From the NCBI GenBank assembly GCA_030390025.1, contig JASTWF010000056.1, forward strand, positions 434,001 through 498,000: a stretch of 64,000 bases of DNA, in the 5' to 3' direction. The DNA comes from Squalus acanthias. Taxonomy: Eukaryota. The notes beneath the pieces were generated by a model. It saw only the letters and a program-made list of their open reading frames with translations, was not told where the DNA came from and ran no database searches. The number at the start of each line of letters is the position of its first letter. Position 1 is the first letter of the stretch. Shown one piece after another: positions 38,141-51,659 of this stretch. The translations under genes were made by a program, and so were the position numbers.

Positions 38141-38592
38141 AAGAAAGCCTTGCTCTTATATAGTGCCTTCACGGCCACCGGATGTCTCAAAGCGCTTTAC
38201 AGCCGATGAAGTACTTTTGAAGTGGAGTCCAGGTTGTAATGTGGGAAAGTGGCCAGCCAATTTGCGCACAGCAAGGTGATAATGAACAGATAATCTGGGT
38301 TTTTTTGTTATGTTGGTTAAGGAATAAATTTTTGGCCAGGACACCGGGGATAACTCACCTGCTTTCTTCGAAATAGTGCCATGGGATCTTACGTCCACCT
38401 GAGAGAGCAGACGGGGCCTCGGTTTAATGTCTCATCTGAAAGACGGCCCACTAGACAGTGCAGCACTCCCTCAGCACTGCACTGGAGTGTCAGCCTAGCT
38501 TTATGTGTGCAAGTTCCTGAGTGGGACTTGAACCCCATGACCTTCTGACTCAAAAGGCAAGTGTGCTACCCCACTGAGCCACTGGCTGACAC
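38141..38592 (-). mobile_element. Full-length Deu-domain SINE
   Basis: Head, Deu core and tail are collinear with 18457-18900. Confidence 0.88.
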
Positions 38593-40096
38593 ATTAAGAG
38601 GAACAACATGAAAGAGTTCAGAAAACAAGAAAGGAAAACAGCTGTTGCAGTTTGATCATTTAGCGTATTCTGTTATGCTATATAAAGGAACTGAAATTAT
38701 TGCGTAAAAACTATTCACGATGTATGTTGTTTCATGGGATAAACAATGCAGCCACAGTATAAATGATACTAGTCGAGTTTGTGAGCTTTCATCACTCTCT
38801 GTCCCACACTTTGCAAGCATTGTTGTTAATTACACTGCCCAGCTTCAATGGATCTGATATTAATTGGGACCAGCAATTAAGAATTCCAGATTAAAAGGAC
38901 AGTTGTCACATTGAGAGTTCCTGGAACAATTCTAAATAGCTCACTTTGCAAACACTTTTATTTTGCTGTAAGCGTAAATTTGTGATCTAGTGGGTGATCA
39001 GTTTAGTTCATTCATTCTTAAAGCTGAGTAAGAATCACGCTTGGTGACTTGACCCCTCACCATTGACTTCGGACCTGCCAAAGATACTTCTCCGCAAGGC
39101 AAAAACCTTTGATTTGAACTGCGGCCGAGATGGTTCCCAGATGACCCTCTAATCACGCAAGGATGGAATCTTCCACAGCAGACATGGATATCTGAGTCGG
39201 GCAGCTCTGCAGTACTCCAGGGCATTACTGATGATTGACCGGCCAGCCTGGCTTATTAATGGAACCTGAAGGGATAAATCTGTCAATGGGATTTGGATTC
39301 TTCCCAATTTGTCTCCACATAACCTGCAGCCAATGCCCTAAACTGGTAGGGTGGTCCTGACTGGAAAGCAGTATGAAGCTCTATGGTGCACTGTGCTTGG
39401 TTTTAGCTGGTTAAACTCCTGTGGCATCCCGTGGGGGGTGTTCCCTAAGTATTGGCCCTTGCCAACCTGTCCGAAGCTCTTTGGCTTAGGTAAGTGGAGC
39501 ATGTCACTATGAGGGTAGAGTGTGAACTGCATTTCAAACAGCTAGAAGCTACTTGTGTGTGAATTTCTCAAGAACTTGGTTCGGAAACCTTGAAAACTTA
39601 CATGTGCTAGACACCTGAATGATTGAGAATAAAAATAACAACAGGATCCAAATCTATTTTTTTCACAGCCCTTTTATAAAATATTTTTGTTTCTGATCAT
39701 GTTACTTCTCCACAAATAGGCCAATTTAACATCGTGGAGAAGAGTTCTTTGATTGCTATGTGTCAGCAATGTTGAAAATAATGGAAATATTTTATCTAAT
39801 TGTTCCTTATAGTAAAATTGTAAACCTAAGGGGTGATTTTTCTGTTAGTAATGCTTCTATCCCTGATTGCAGGAAAGAGGGAAACCTCAGGATTTCCAGG
39901 CTTTCCCAAAGGGGCAGATATGGCCTGCGTCTGCAATAGACTCAAGCCAAGTGCTCCCATGGAAATGCTGTGGATTGGGGGGTTTCCTGACTCCAGTACC
40001 TCACCTTCCTGTTGTTGCCTCAGAAAATCACCCCGAGCAGGAGTGCCCAAAGTAGCTGGTAGTGGACCTTGTGCCTGGGACCTCCTTAGAGCAGGG

Positions 40097-40557
40097 AAAG
40101 AAAGACTTGCATTTATCTAGCGCCTTTCACGACCACCGACTTCCCAAGCACTTTACAGCCAATGAAGTACTTTTTGAAGTGTAGTCACTGTTGTAATGTA
40201 GGAAACACGGCAGCCAATTTGCACACAGCAAACTCCCACAATAGCAATGTGATAATGACCAGATAATCTGTTTTAGTGATGTTGATTGAAGGATAAATAT
40301 TGGCCAGGACACCGGGGATAACTCCCTGCTCTTCTTCAAAATAGTGCCATAGGATCTTTTACATCCACCTGAAGAGCAGACTTGGTTTAACATCTCATCC
40401 GAAAGATGGCATTCAGTGCAGTGCAGTGCAGCACTCCCTCAGTACTGCACTGGAGTGTCAGCCTAGACTTTTTGTGTTCAAATCTCGGGAGTGGGACTTG
40501 AACCCACAACCTTCTGATTCAAAGGCAAGGAGTGCTACCAACTGAGCCACGGCTGAC
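40097..40557 (-). mobile_element. Full-length Deu-domain SINE
   Basis: Same structure as 38141-38592. Confidence 0.88.
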
Positions 40558-40599
40558 TTGAGAGGGCTAGGTATCAAGGCAAGTAAGGCCCCAGCTGCC

Positions 40600-40940
40600 C
40601 TTTGAGGTGAATGTAAAAGATCTCATGGCATTATTTTGAAGAAGAGTAGCACGTTCTCCCAATATTTATCCCTCAACCAACATCACTAAAACAGATTTTC
40701 TGGTCATTATCACATTGCTGAATGTAGGAGCTTGCTGTGCACAAATTGGCTGCCGTGTTTCCTACATTACAACAGTGAATACACGTCAAAGTACTTCTTT
40801 GGCTGTAAAGCACTTTGCGACATCCTGAGGTCGTGACAGGTGCTATATAAATGCAAGTCTTTCTTTTTTTTCCTTTCTTTGTTGCTCTTTATTTTTCTTT
40901 CTTTCTCTTTTTTTTTCTTTCTCTTTATTTTTATTTCTTG
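40600..40940 (+). mobile_element. 5'-truncated Deu-domain SINE with T-rich tail
   Basis: atgtaaaagatctcatggcattattttgaagaagag...gtgctatataaatgcaagtctttc. Confidence 0.82.
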
Positions 40941-43900
40941 TTTTTCCTCTTGCAGCCTCTCAATATTTCTTTGGGCCAGAGGCCTGTTCTCCACAGCAGT
41001 CAGAAGGACTCACCTGTTTTACTATATCGACAAAAGCCCTGCCAGGGGTGTGACTGGACAATGTTAATGACCCAGCCCACCAGGTTCAGGTATTCTGAGG
41101 CCTGGTAAGGCAATGCGTTCGAGCAAGGGAGGAGGCTAGGAAAATCACCCCCTTGAATTGCAGTAATCTAGCCTATGGCAGTGTTTTTATACCCTTAGCT
41201 GACAGAATACATCAACTTCATGCAATGCTTGATCTTACAGGCTGGTCGACAACTGGCAAATCTTTACCCACAGGAGATAAGTGAGTTTATAGTAACAAGC
41301 AACATTGCCACTTGAACTCATGACATTTTAGCTAGCGGTGAAATGTATCTACCATTGAGCAACTGATCCACTATTCCAATGATCTGTGTTGTTTAGACAT
41401 TTGGATTAATCTCCAATAAGTCAGATTTTACTCTGTCATTGCTAATAAACTTACAGCTTTACTTGTAGGTAGATGAGTTCAGACATGTGTTCAATACTCA
41501 AGTTAGTATAAAAGATTTAATATAAACCACACAAATTTAACATTAATCTGTTATCAGCAGCTGACATAACTTAAATGATGTGCGGATACAAACTATTCTT
41601 ACAGGTTTAATATTAAGTTCACACACAAACTAATACTGTTTTCCTGCCTTTTGAAAAAGCTAGATCTGAGTCGGAGCTGATTATAAGATTGGATTAATCT
41701 GCTGTAAGGATCTGGCTGACATCTAAGCTACTTTAGGGTATATTTTCCTCTTTTGGTAAAATGTGTAAACTTACTCACACTCTGGTCATGTTTTATAGCC
41801 ATCATTTAACTGACAAGTGCTCTCGGTTTCTTTGTGACGTGTTTGTGGTTCGTAAATGCATTAACGTCGTCCGTCAAAAAAAATGGTCAGTTAGCACACA
41901 TCTGCAATGCTGGCCAGCTTTGCACTTCCTAAGCAGCTAAAGAACGATTTAACTGGGGGGCAAAAGAGAAAGCGGTAGTTAATCTAGCTGTTAGAGTAGG
42001 AAACTGATAGAACTCTGACTGCCTGGCCAAAATGTTGGAGCCAACAATCTGCTGAGATTGAAATGGGACTGGCAGACTGAGCTGTGTTACTTGCTCCGCA
42101 CTGGTCTCTCAGTAAGTGCTCATATACATAGCTCTCTTCACTGAGATCCAAATAGCAATTAAATGTTAATGTTAGCAGAGAGCAATGGGACAAGAGATTC
42201 TTTGCCAGCATCCAAAGATTAAAATGAAGTTTGAAAAGTAAGGACCTCTGGGGGACTTTCTAAACTTTGATTTGCGTATGCTGCAGATAGGTCTGCAGGT
42301 AGTACATTGCCAAGGCAGTGGTGAGGCAATGCCCTCAAGATGCTCGCAAACCACCAGACTAAATATAATGCAGGCAACTTTTATGTCTGAGTTACACTAT
42401 ACAGTATGTCACAACGCAAAGCCAAAACTGCTTCACATCAAACACACAACGAGTAGTGCATCTGGCCAAAATTGAATCTAATGGAGCTTCTGTTTGGGTA
42501 GCTGGGAAAGTAAAGCATAAACTTTTCTTTTGCGTGAATTATTCGGCTGAGCGTGCAGAAAATGAATAAATCATTTGCCTTTGTAACCAGAGCTTTTGGT
42601 TTACTGTAGTAAAGGCTCTTGACACTGAAGGATGACCTAATCCCACAACATCCCTGAATGAAGCCGGGGGGTGGGGGGAGGAATGGTGGAATAGGCGGTG
42701 CGGTGGGGTGGGGGTGGGGTGGGGGAATGGTAAGAGAGGACTGCCTCTGCTCATGTCTCAGCACTTCAAGCATGACCTTTCCATGGGGATTTTTTTCTAA
42801 ATGCTTGCGAACAAAATCAATTATTACCTAGTTAATACTGAGAAGAGATCTAAATCTCTTCAGAAGATCAGTGTCAAAATAATGAAGGAAATGATGCCTT
42901 TGTGAGAGTGCTTTCTCTGAGGCCTCTTATCAAGCACTCATTAACAGGTAGCGAGAGTCATCTTGCCTGTAATTGTGCCAATACTAATTAAATGCCATCC
43001 TGAAAGGGTAATTACATGTGGAGTTACGCTGTATCTAACAAGTTCTTAATTAAATTATGAATTTGCAGAATACTGTATGTCTTTGAAGAGGAACATCTAC
43101 TACCATTAACTAAAAATGACTTATGATCATAAAAAATTGGGGAATTTGAACCCAGGAATTTTCTGCTGAGTCATGCCATGAACCAAAGCAGGGATCTCCT
43201 TCAGTGGTACATCACGCCAAGTTTGTGTAATATTAAAGAAAGAAGCCTGCTTAATAATGGTACATTGGAGGTTATTCGATGCAATGCTCTGCATGACTCA
43301 GTCACTGTACATGGACTTGTTTTTTGTTGTTACAGAAATTCAGCTTGCAACACTGCAATTTCACTACAAGGGTGGTGACATTGCTGATTCAAACTGGGAA
43401 AAGCCTAAAGTGAAAATTGACAGGTTTCCCAGTGAAGAAAGAATCTCCAGATGGAACAGGTTATCTAGTGCATCTGATTGCAAAAATACTGTTTTGCGAC
43501 ACGTATTGCGACAGCAGTCGACTGCTAAGTATCTGGATAATCTCTAACCATGCGTTTTTCCCTTCTCGTGTCCTGAGGCCAGCAGCCCTCTGGTACAATG
43601 GCCAGATGGCTATTCTTCATGTGGAGGCTTAGACAGTATCAGCAAGCTACTTGGTCATCAGAGGCAACACAGACCAAAGGCGTGGCTCAGTTGCATACCT
43701 GGTAGTGCAGTTCTGACTGACTCATCAAGGAAGCATTTCTAATCCTTTTCGACTGGGAAGCCCCATCCACTAAGTGTGTGATTCCTGGTTGTAATGTACC
43801 TACTTTTGTTTCTTGTTGGCTCTTACATGCTCGTCATTCCTGTAACAAAAATATACTATATTTTGCAGCCCCTGTAGTATTTCCATCACAATCAAGTACT

Positions 43901-45579
43901 GTAAAGCTATGTATTTCCATATCCTAAACGGTTTGCATTCCAACCAGAATTTATGTCTATACAAGTTTTCGGTCTTATTAAGAAAACTTTTTAGAATAAT
44001 AAATATTTATCAGAGCCATACTTTGTGACTGTGGGGGCCAGTCAAAAGGAGAGCAAATCCATTTTTTCTGACTAACATGCTACATTATACTGTGCTGATA
44101 AGCTCTGACTTATTTTAAATGCACTCTGAGCTCACTGAATTGAATTTCTACATGCTTGCTGTATTTCATATGCTCTGGAAAAAAAATATTAGAGTTATTT
44201 TAGAAAAATCATTCAAATCTGGGCTATTTATTCCGTTGTAGTGCTACATTAATGGTATTGGTTTTCAGCTATTAAATCAGAGCCCCTTCCCCACTCCCCC
44301 CCCCCCCACCCCCCCCCCGCACTAAATAAAATAAATCACTCTGTAAACAGTTAAGTGGAAACCTATGGAGATATTCAGTTCTCACAAGGGTTGAATATGC
44401 AAAAACAAGCCTTAACAAAGTGTCGCATCTGCATAAATATAGCCTGGAAATGCCTTCACAAGTGTTACAATTTAAATTAAATCTTTGTGCTGTTAATGGA
44501 GCAAAAGCTAAAGGGGCCAGACTAGTTGCTTTTGGCTTAATTAAATGCAATGTGTTTGATTAGATTACATATTTATTCATTTTCTGTGTTTCTTACACTT
44601 CAAACTATCCTTGCCTGCATCTGGTTCCATTTTGTGTGGTCTATTCACTACCGGGGATAGGCATTTTTAACATTGCAATTGAAAAAAAAATATTACAAAT
44701 ATAAGAGAAAAAAATGAGTGCTGCACTTAGATTAGATTTGTTACAGACCCGCCTGCACAATGGCTAATGATGGTATGCTATGCGTTGTAGAAGGTTATTA
44801 CTGCCTATATAATCCATCTCCCTATTATTAAAAAGCTACAGTAGCTCAGTGTCTACATTGTTGTCATCCTACTGATTGCAAAATCTGTTGGCAAACAGAC
44901 TGTTGCAGGCGGTCGAGATTTATTGTTCCTGCTTGCTGACATTCAACAGGTTTTGACTTGCTTTTATTTGGTGATGTATCCCAGTCTTTTAATATCAATA
45001 GCATTTTGGTTTGCTCTTGCAATAAGTCTTGACTACAGCTTCGCAAATGTGGGGACTTTATCTTTATATAGGTAGATAGGTGAATATTTTTCTATTAGTG
45101 TTTCGAGATTGCTGCTTTTGACATTATGGAAGGCAAATACTCGAAGACATTTTGGAGATTTTATGGCCACAATAACTCACTTGACGTACCAAATGAAACA
45201 AGATGACATTTTCAGTGTTACTGAAAAATGAATGTGTGAGGGATATTAGCTAAGGAAAAATGACTTTGCATCATGAAGTGAACATGCATAAATAGCTCCG
45301 AGGCCAATTGCAAATGGGCCATCAAAAAAAGTGTTTAACCCCTCTGTGGCATTTCTGCACTCAAATATAGTAATCTCCCAATTGTATGAAGAATACTTTA
45401 ATTAAGAAAGGTTTCCTTATTCCAAATGCTGCTTAATTCTATTCTCTAATGGGTTATAGTGGATAACATACTGGAAAACTGAGGGCAGACAGGCTACTCT
45501 GATTCATTTAGCCAGCTATTCACTATTTCCTGGTACAATATAATATTGCTATCCAGTCACAGTTTCAGCTCCTTAATTT

Positions 45580-46079
45580 NNNNNNNNNNNNNNNNNNNNN
45601 NNNNNNNNNNNNNNNNNNNNNNNNNNNNNNNNNNNNNNNNNNNNNNNNNNNNNNNNNNNNNNNNNNNNNNNNNNNNNNNNNNNNNNNNNNNNNNNNNNNN
45701 NNNNNNNNNNNNNNNNNNNNNNNNNNNNNNNNNNNNNNNNNNNNNNNNNNNNNNNNNNNNNNNNNNNNNNNNNNNNNNNNNNNNNNNNNNNNNNNNNNNN
45801 NNNNNNNNNNNNNNNNNNNNNNNNNNNNNNNNNNNNNNNNNNNNNNNNNNNNNNNNNNNNNNNNNNNNNNNNNNNNNNNNNNNNNNNNNNNNNNNNNNNN
45901 NNNNNNNNNNNNNNNNNNNNNNNNNNNNNNNNNNNNNNNNNNNNNNNNNNNNNNNNNNNNNNNNNNNNNNNNNNNNNNNNNNNNNNNNNNNNNNNNNNNN
46001 NNNNNNNNNNNNNNNNNNNNNNNNNNNNNNNNNNNNNNNNNNNNNNNNNNNNNNNNNNNNNNNNNNNNNNNNNNNNNNN
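45580..46079. other. Assembly gap (500 N)
   Basis: Run of N. Confidence 1.
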
Positions 46080-46459
46080 ACCATGGCTGCAGTGTGTACC
46101 ATCTACAAGATGCACTGCAGCAACTCGCCAAGGCTTCTTCGGCAGCACCTCCCAAACCCGCGACCTCTTCCACCTAGAAGGACAAGGGCAGAAGACACGT
46201 GGGAACACCACCACCTCCAAGTTCCCCTCCAAGTCACACATCATCCTGACTTAGAAGTATATCGCCGATCCTTCATCATCGCTGGGTCAAAATCCTGGAA
46301 CTCCCTACCTAACAGCACTGTGGGAGTACCTTCACCACACGGACTGCAGCGGTTCAAGAAGGCGGCGCACCACCAACTTCTCAAGAGCAATTAGGGATGG
46401 GCAATAAATGCTGGACTTGCCAGCGACGCCCACATCCCATAAAAATGAATTTAAAAAAA
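46080..46459 (+). mobile_element. 3' end of a CR1-group LINE (family of 26893-28712)
   Basis: Identical to 28333-28638 over 306 bp, followed by the family tail and an A-run. Confidence 0.9.
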
Positions 46460-46464
46460 GGTGA

Positions 46465-46620
46465 TTTTCTGGCTACGATTAGATAGATAAGAATGGATAC
46501 AAGTGAGTGCAGTCCCACCCATGCTGCCTTGATGTCAAGGGACGATGGTGGAGAGGCGTTGGAGGAGGATGGAATGCTCAACCGTGTCAAAGGCTGCAGA
46601 CAGGTCGAGAAGGATGACAT
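46465..46620 (-). mobile_element. L2 RT fragment
   Basis: ILLDLSAAFDTVEHSILLQRLSTIV. Confidence 0.75.
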
Positions 46621-47553
46621 TAGGTTGGGTCTCCACCATTTTTGTGTTGCTTGGGAATTTCGGGGCTTCTGTGATGGGCGAGGGCAGAGTATTTGCAACA
46701 TGGCGAAGTTGCAAGCAGGGTGAGCCCATGCAAATGAAGTAGAAAGATTTCCCCAGTTGGCTGCGCAATCGGAGGGGTGTCAGAAGAATAATACAGACAC
46801 TTTTGCGCTGGAGTCCTGCAGCTGACGGCCATTACTGTTGCTTCAGGCCTCTGAGGCCTACAGCAGCAGCTTCGTCTCTGTGAATTGTCTAGGCACAGGC
46901 CGCTCCCAAGAAGTAGGCTTGCACCGGAGGCATGTCTGGGCCATGCCATGCTTAGTTTTGGATAACTGACAGTTTGGTTACTGCACCATAAAAGAATGAC
47001 AGTCTGCAAGATACAGTGAAAGTGAAAAAAATGTAACTTTGTGTAGTCGTAGTTTTGAATTAGTTTAACATGGCCTGCTGATGCACTTGCTTGTGCTTTG
47101 TATACTTTTCTTTAATTGTTGCACATTTACCATACCACTATGTGACCAGTTGAAGGAGTAGCAGCAATGGCCAGCTGGATATCCAACTGGCGAGCTGCAG
47201 TGGCTGTAGAAGGTTTCCCACCTGCATCTGCAATGAACCCTGATAGGCCAGCGTTAGTGACAGGGTATAATTTCCTAGAGTTGCTGTGGGCTCATTCCTT
47301 TCGAAGACGATCACTTGTGTGAATCTGACATGAGTGCTGCTGTGCTATTTCACACAGGCCACTGCACGAAGGCATGTTCTCACCATGCTCACTGATCAGT
47401 GCGAGTGCAAGTCTCATTCATTGTTGCTTGTAAGTGTTCCCTAAGAGAGCTGAAGCTGGCCATGACTGCATCCTAGAGCTTGGAGCTCCAAGCCTCTACA
47501 GTATCAGTGTGTGCACCTTCTGTGTCTATGATAAGCTTAATTTATGTATCCAC

Positions 47554-47799
47554 TGTGGCGGATCGCCACCTAAACGGGCACAATCCACTTTTCCGTCCGT
47601 GGACAATATATCGGGCACCTTGCCTTTAAGGCACCTTGCCTTTAAGGCAGGAGAAAAAAAGTGGGCGGGGCCTCAGGTTTTTTCCAGAGAATTCTGTGAG
47701 CAGTTGTTTTCAGCCATTTTGACCAGGCAGTTGTATTAAAAAGCTTTATGCCCCACACATGGACTCGGCCTTAATTAGTGTTTCGCGGCAGCCTCAACA
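47554..47799 (+). repeat. 5' LTR (246 bp)
   Basis: tgtggcggatcgcc...gcagcctcaaca. Carries a 16-bp tandem duplication ggcaccttgcctttaa. Confidence 0.95.
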
Positions 47800-47800
47800 T

Positions 47801-47814
47801 TAGTGACCCCGACG
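47801..47814 (+). promoter_or_regulatory. Primer-binding site, tRNA-Trp (mutated TGG to TAG)
   Basis: tagtgaccccgacg versus the complement of the tRNA-Trp 3' end, tggtgaccccgacg. Confidence 0.85.
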
Positions 47815-47839
47815 CTCAGAACATATTCCGAGCACTGCA

Positions 47840-50800
47840 ATGGCGGACACGAACGCAGTTTCCGTGAAACTGCTGGAGTTTTGGGAAAACCAGCCCGAAG
47901 CCTGGTTTCTCCAAGCCGAATCCCGCTTCCGGCTGCAACACATCACCACAGATAGCACGCAGTACGACTACCTCGTCACATCACTCGGTAGCTCCACAGT
48001 TTCGAAGGTTTGGACAGCGCTGCAGAACCCACCAGGGGAAGGCAAGTATGCACATCTTAAGGCAGCGCGCCTTAAAAAATTTACGGCCTCGGCATACCAG
48101 CGAAACTGCCACCTCCTCGACCTTCCAGGCCTCGGTGATGCCTCACCGTCAGACCTCCTCTCCCACATGCTCTCCCTCACCGACGAGAGCCCACTCGGAT
48201 CCCTCTTCCGCATGCTGTTCATCCACCAGCTACCTCTCAGCATCCGCCCAGCGATCGTGGCGTCCGGCCTCACGAACCTGGAAGCCCTGGCCGATGAGGC
48301 CGACAAGCTGCTGTCCGCTCACTCCAGCCGCGACGTCACTCCGGACCTGGCAGCCAATGCCTGGGCGCGCCCCTCACCGGCCACCACGCGGCCAAAAGGA
48401 CCAGCCACCAGGCCCACGGGGCCTTCGCGCCCCACTAACCCGGGCCACTGTTCGTACCACACACGGTTCGGCGCCAGGGCACAATGCTGCACACCTCCCT
48501 GCTCTTTCAAGTCCGCCCCCGTACCAGCCCGCACGATGGCCGTGGGCCACGCGGGCTCCCTGCTGTATGTCACGGATGACAAAACCGGCCGCCGGTTCCT
48601 GTGCGACACTGGAGCTCAGCAAAGCATCATCCCGGCCTCCTCCCTCGACATCCAAAAGGGCGAATGAGGACCGGCGCTGGCTGCTGCTAACGGCTCGGAA
48701 ATCCGGACGTACGGCACCCGCACAGTCACCCTTGACCTCGCTGGTCGCTGCTACCGATGGGAGTTCATCACTGCCAAGGTGCTCTCCCCTCTCATCGGCG
48801 CAGATTTCCTGTGCGCCCACGGCCTACTGGTAGACATCCCTTGTCATCGCCTCGTGGACATGAACACCATGTCCCCCATCCTGGGCGCCATGGCCCCCCG
48901 TCAACCCGCCGACATGGCGTCACAGTGCCACGCCCGGGCCACAGATGACTACTCGGCACTCCTGGCCGAATTCCCGGCCCTTACCAATCCGACCTTCTAC
49001 GCGGAGGCCGCCAAACACAGGGTGGAACACTTCATCCCCACCACAGGCCCCCCAGTGTACACCCACGCCCGCAGGCTGGACCTGGCCAAACTGGAGATCG
49101 CGCGGACTGAGTTTGCCACCATGGAACAGCTCGGCATCATCCGCCGCTCCAACAGTCCCTGGGCCTCCCCACTCCACATCGCTCCCAAACCAGGCGGGGG
49201 TTGGCGCCCCTGCGGGGAGTAGCGCCGCCTCAACGATGCCACCACCCCTGATCGGTACCCTGTGCCGCACATTCAGGACTTCTCGGCTAGACTGGCCGGC
49301 CGCTCAGTCTTTTCCAAGGTTGACCTGGCGCGCGGCTACCACCAAGTCCCCGTCCACCCCGCGACGTCCCCAAGACAGCCGTAATCACCCCCTTCGGCCT
49401 GTTCGAGTTCCTGTGGATGCCCTTCGGCCTCAAAAACGCGGCCCAGGCATTCCAACAGCTCATGGACTCGGTCCTTCGGGACCTGAAGTTCCTGTTCGTC
49501 TACCTGGACAACATCGTGGTAGCCAGCTCCTCCAAGCAGGAACACCTCGAACACCTTCGCATCCTGTTCGGGCGCCTCAGCGACCATGGGCTCATCCTCA
49601 GCCCAGCCAAATGCCAGTTCGGCCTGGACAAGATCGACTTCCTCGGCCACCACATCACCCATGCTGGGGCCATTCCCCTGCCCACCAAGGTGCAGGCCGT
49701 CCAACAATTTCCCCGCCCCACCACCATCAAAGGCCTCCAGGAGTTTCTCGGGATGGTGAATTTCTACAACCGCTTCATCCCCAAAGCGGCGTCCCTCATG
49801 AGGCCCCTGTATGGAGGCCTCCGGGGCAGGAGCGGCAAGATGGCGGTCGAATGGACGGCAGACGCGTCCGCCGCCTTCGATTTCACCAAGACCGCGCTCG
49901 CCAACGCCACCCTGCTCGCGCACCCACGGCCCAATGACAGGGTAGCGCTCACCACGGACGCCTCCGACCACGCGGTCGGCGCCGTGTATAAGCAGTGGGT
50001 CGACGGCGCCTGGCAACCACTTGCCTTCTTCAGCCGCCAACTATGCCCCCCGGAGGTCAAGTACAGCACCTTCGACCGCGAGCTCCTCGCGCTGTTCCTG
50101 GCGGTCCGCCATTTTCGGTTTTTGCTGGAGGGCCACCCCTTCACTGCGTTTGTCGACCACAAGCCCCTGACATTCGCAATGGCAAAGACAACCGACCCCT
50201 GGTCCACCAGGCAGCAGCGCCAGCTCGCGGCAGTGTCCGAGTTCACCACGGACATCCAACACGTCTCCGGCTGAGACAATGTGGTAGCCGACTGCCTCTC
50301 CCGCCCCGCCATCCATGCCGCACACCTGGCAGTCGACTACGCTCAACTCGCAGCAGACCAGATCACCGACCCTGATCTGCTCTCCGCACCTACCAACCTA
50401 CCAGGGCTACGCCTGGCCGACGTCGCCTGTGGCCCGACCGCAGTCACGGTCAAGTGCGACATATCCCTATGTCAACCTTGGCCTGTCGTCCCAGCATCCT
50501 GGCGCCGCCGGGTATTCGAGATTCTCCACAACCTCTCCCACCCCGGCGCCCGCGCATCCATCAAATTGGTAGCCAACCGCTTTGTCTGGCGCGGCCTTCG
50601 CAAGGATGTGCGTACTTGGGCCAACTCCTGCCTAGCCTGCCAACGGGCCAAGGTACAGCAACACACGAAAGCACCCCTCGAGGAGTTTACCGTCCCTTCG
50701 CGTAGATTCGACCACATCCACGTGGACATCGTCGGGCCCCTGCCACCATCGCAAGGCCACACGCACTTGCTGACGATCGTTGACCGCACCACGCGCTGGC

Positions 50801-51650
50801 CCGAGGCAATTCCACTGACCTCTACCACCACCGCCGACATCGCCAGAGCCTTCGTCAGCACCTGGGTCACACGGTTCGGCGTCCCCTCTGACATGACGTC
50901 AGACAGAGGTCCGCAATTTACCTCTGAACTCTGGACCGCCGTCGCACGCAATCTCGGGGTGACCATTCACCGCACCACAGCGTACCACCCGCAAGCCAAC
51001 GGACTGTGTGAGCGGTTCCACAGATCCTTGAAGGCATCTCTTCGAGCCAGCCTCCAGGACGGCGCCTGGACCGACCGACTCCGTGGGTCCTCCTCGGCCT
51101 GCGCACCGTGGTTAAAGAAGACCTCCACGCAGCGGCAGCAGAGCTCGTGTATGGTCAGCCACTGCACGTACCCGGCGAGTTCCTGCCCATTGCCACGACA
51201 CCCTGGTCAGCCGACCAGCAACGCCACGACTTCGCCTCACCGGCGCTGCAGTTCGCCCCGGTGCCCATTGCCCGACACGGCGAATCCACCTCACACGTCC
51301 CACTAAGCCTGCACCAGGCACGATTCGTTTTTGTCCGGCACGACGCCCACCGCGGACCCCTTCAACCCCCGTACGACGGGCCCTACAAGGTGCTACAGGC
51401 TGGGGACAAATTTTTCACCCTGCAAGTGAGCGACAGGACCGAAAAAGTGTCGGTTGACCGACTCAAGCCAGCACACTCAGAGCCCGGTGAGCAGGTCCCT
51501 GTAGCTCGTCCACCGCCACGCGGCCGACCTGCCCTCAAGCCGGTTCACCCGGCTGCTCCACGCCCGGCCGTTCCACGTCCACTGGCGTTCTACAAGAGCT
51601 GCTCCGGCCGGCCCATCAGACCGCCGCACCGTCTCGTCCACACCTCCTAA
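47840..51650 (+). pseudogene. Gag-Pol polyprotein (originally one frame): Gag, aspartic protease, RT, RNase H, integrase
   Basis: Gag VKLLEFWENQPEAWFLQAESRF and CSYHTRFGARAQCCTPPC; PR FLCDTGA; RT SPWASPLH and MPFGLKNA, with YLDN in place of YLDD; RH DASDHAVGAV; IN HHCC plus VDIVGPL, SDRGPQF and ERFHRSLK. In-frame stops at 48665, 49220 and 50272; frameshifts near 49360 and 51085. Confidence 0.95.
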
Positions 51651-51659
51651 GCGGATTCT

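Larger units (their letters stand above)
39829..41152. mobile_element. Harbinger-type MITE containing two SINE insertions
   Basis: TIRs ggggtgattttct / ggaaaatcaccccc. Confidence 0.6.

Noticed and set aside
42665-42726. G-quadruplex-capable G-tracts (also 31498, 44295 and 54315)
   Set aside because: Common low-complexity runs with nothing pointing to a function.
45546-46394. Long ORFs across the gap
   Set aside because: These are artefacts of the N run.
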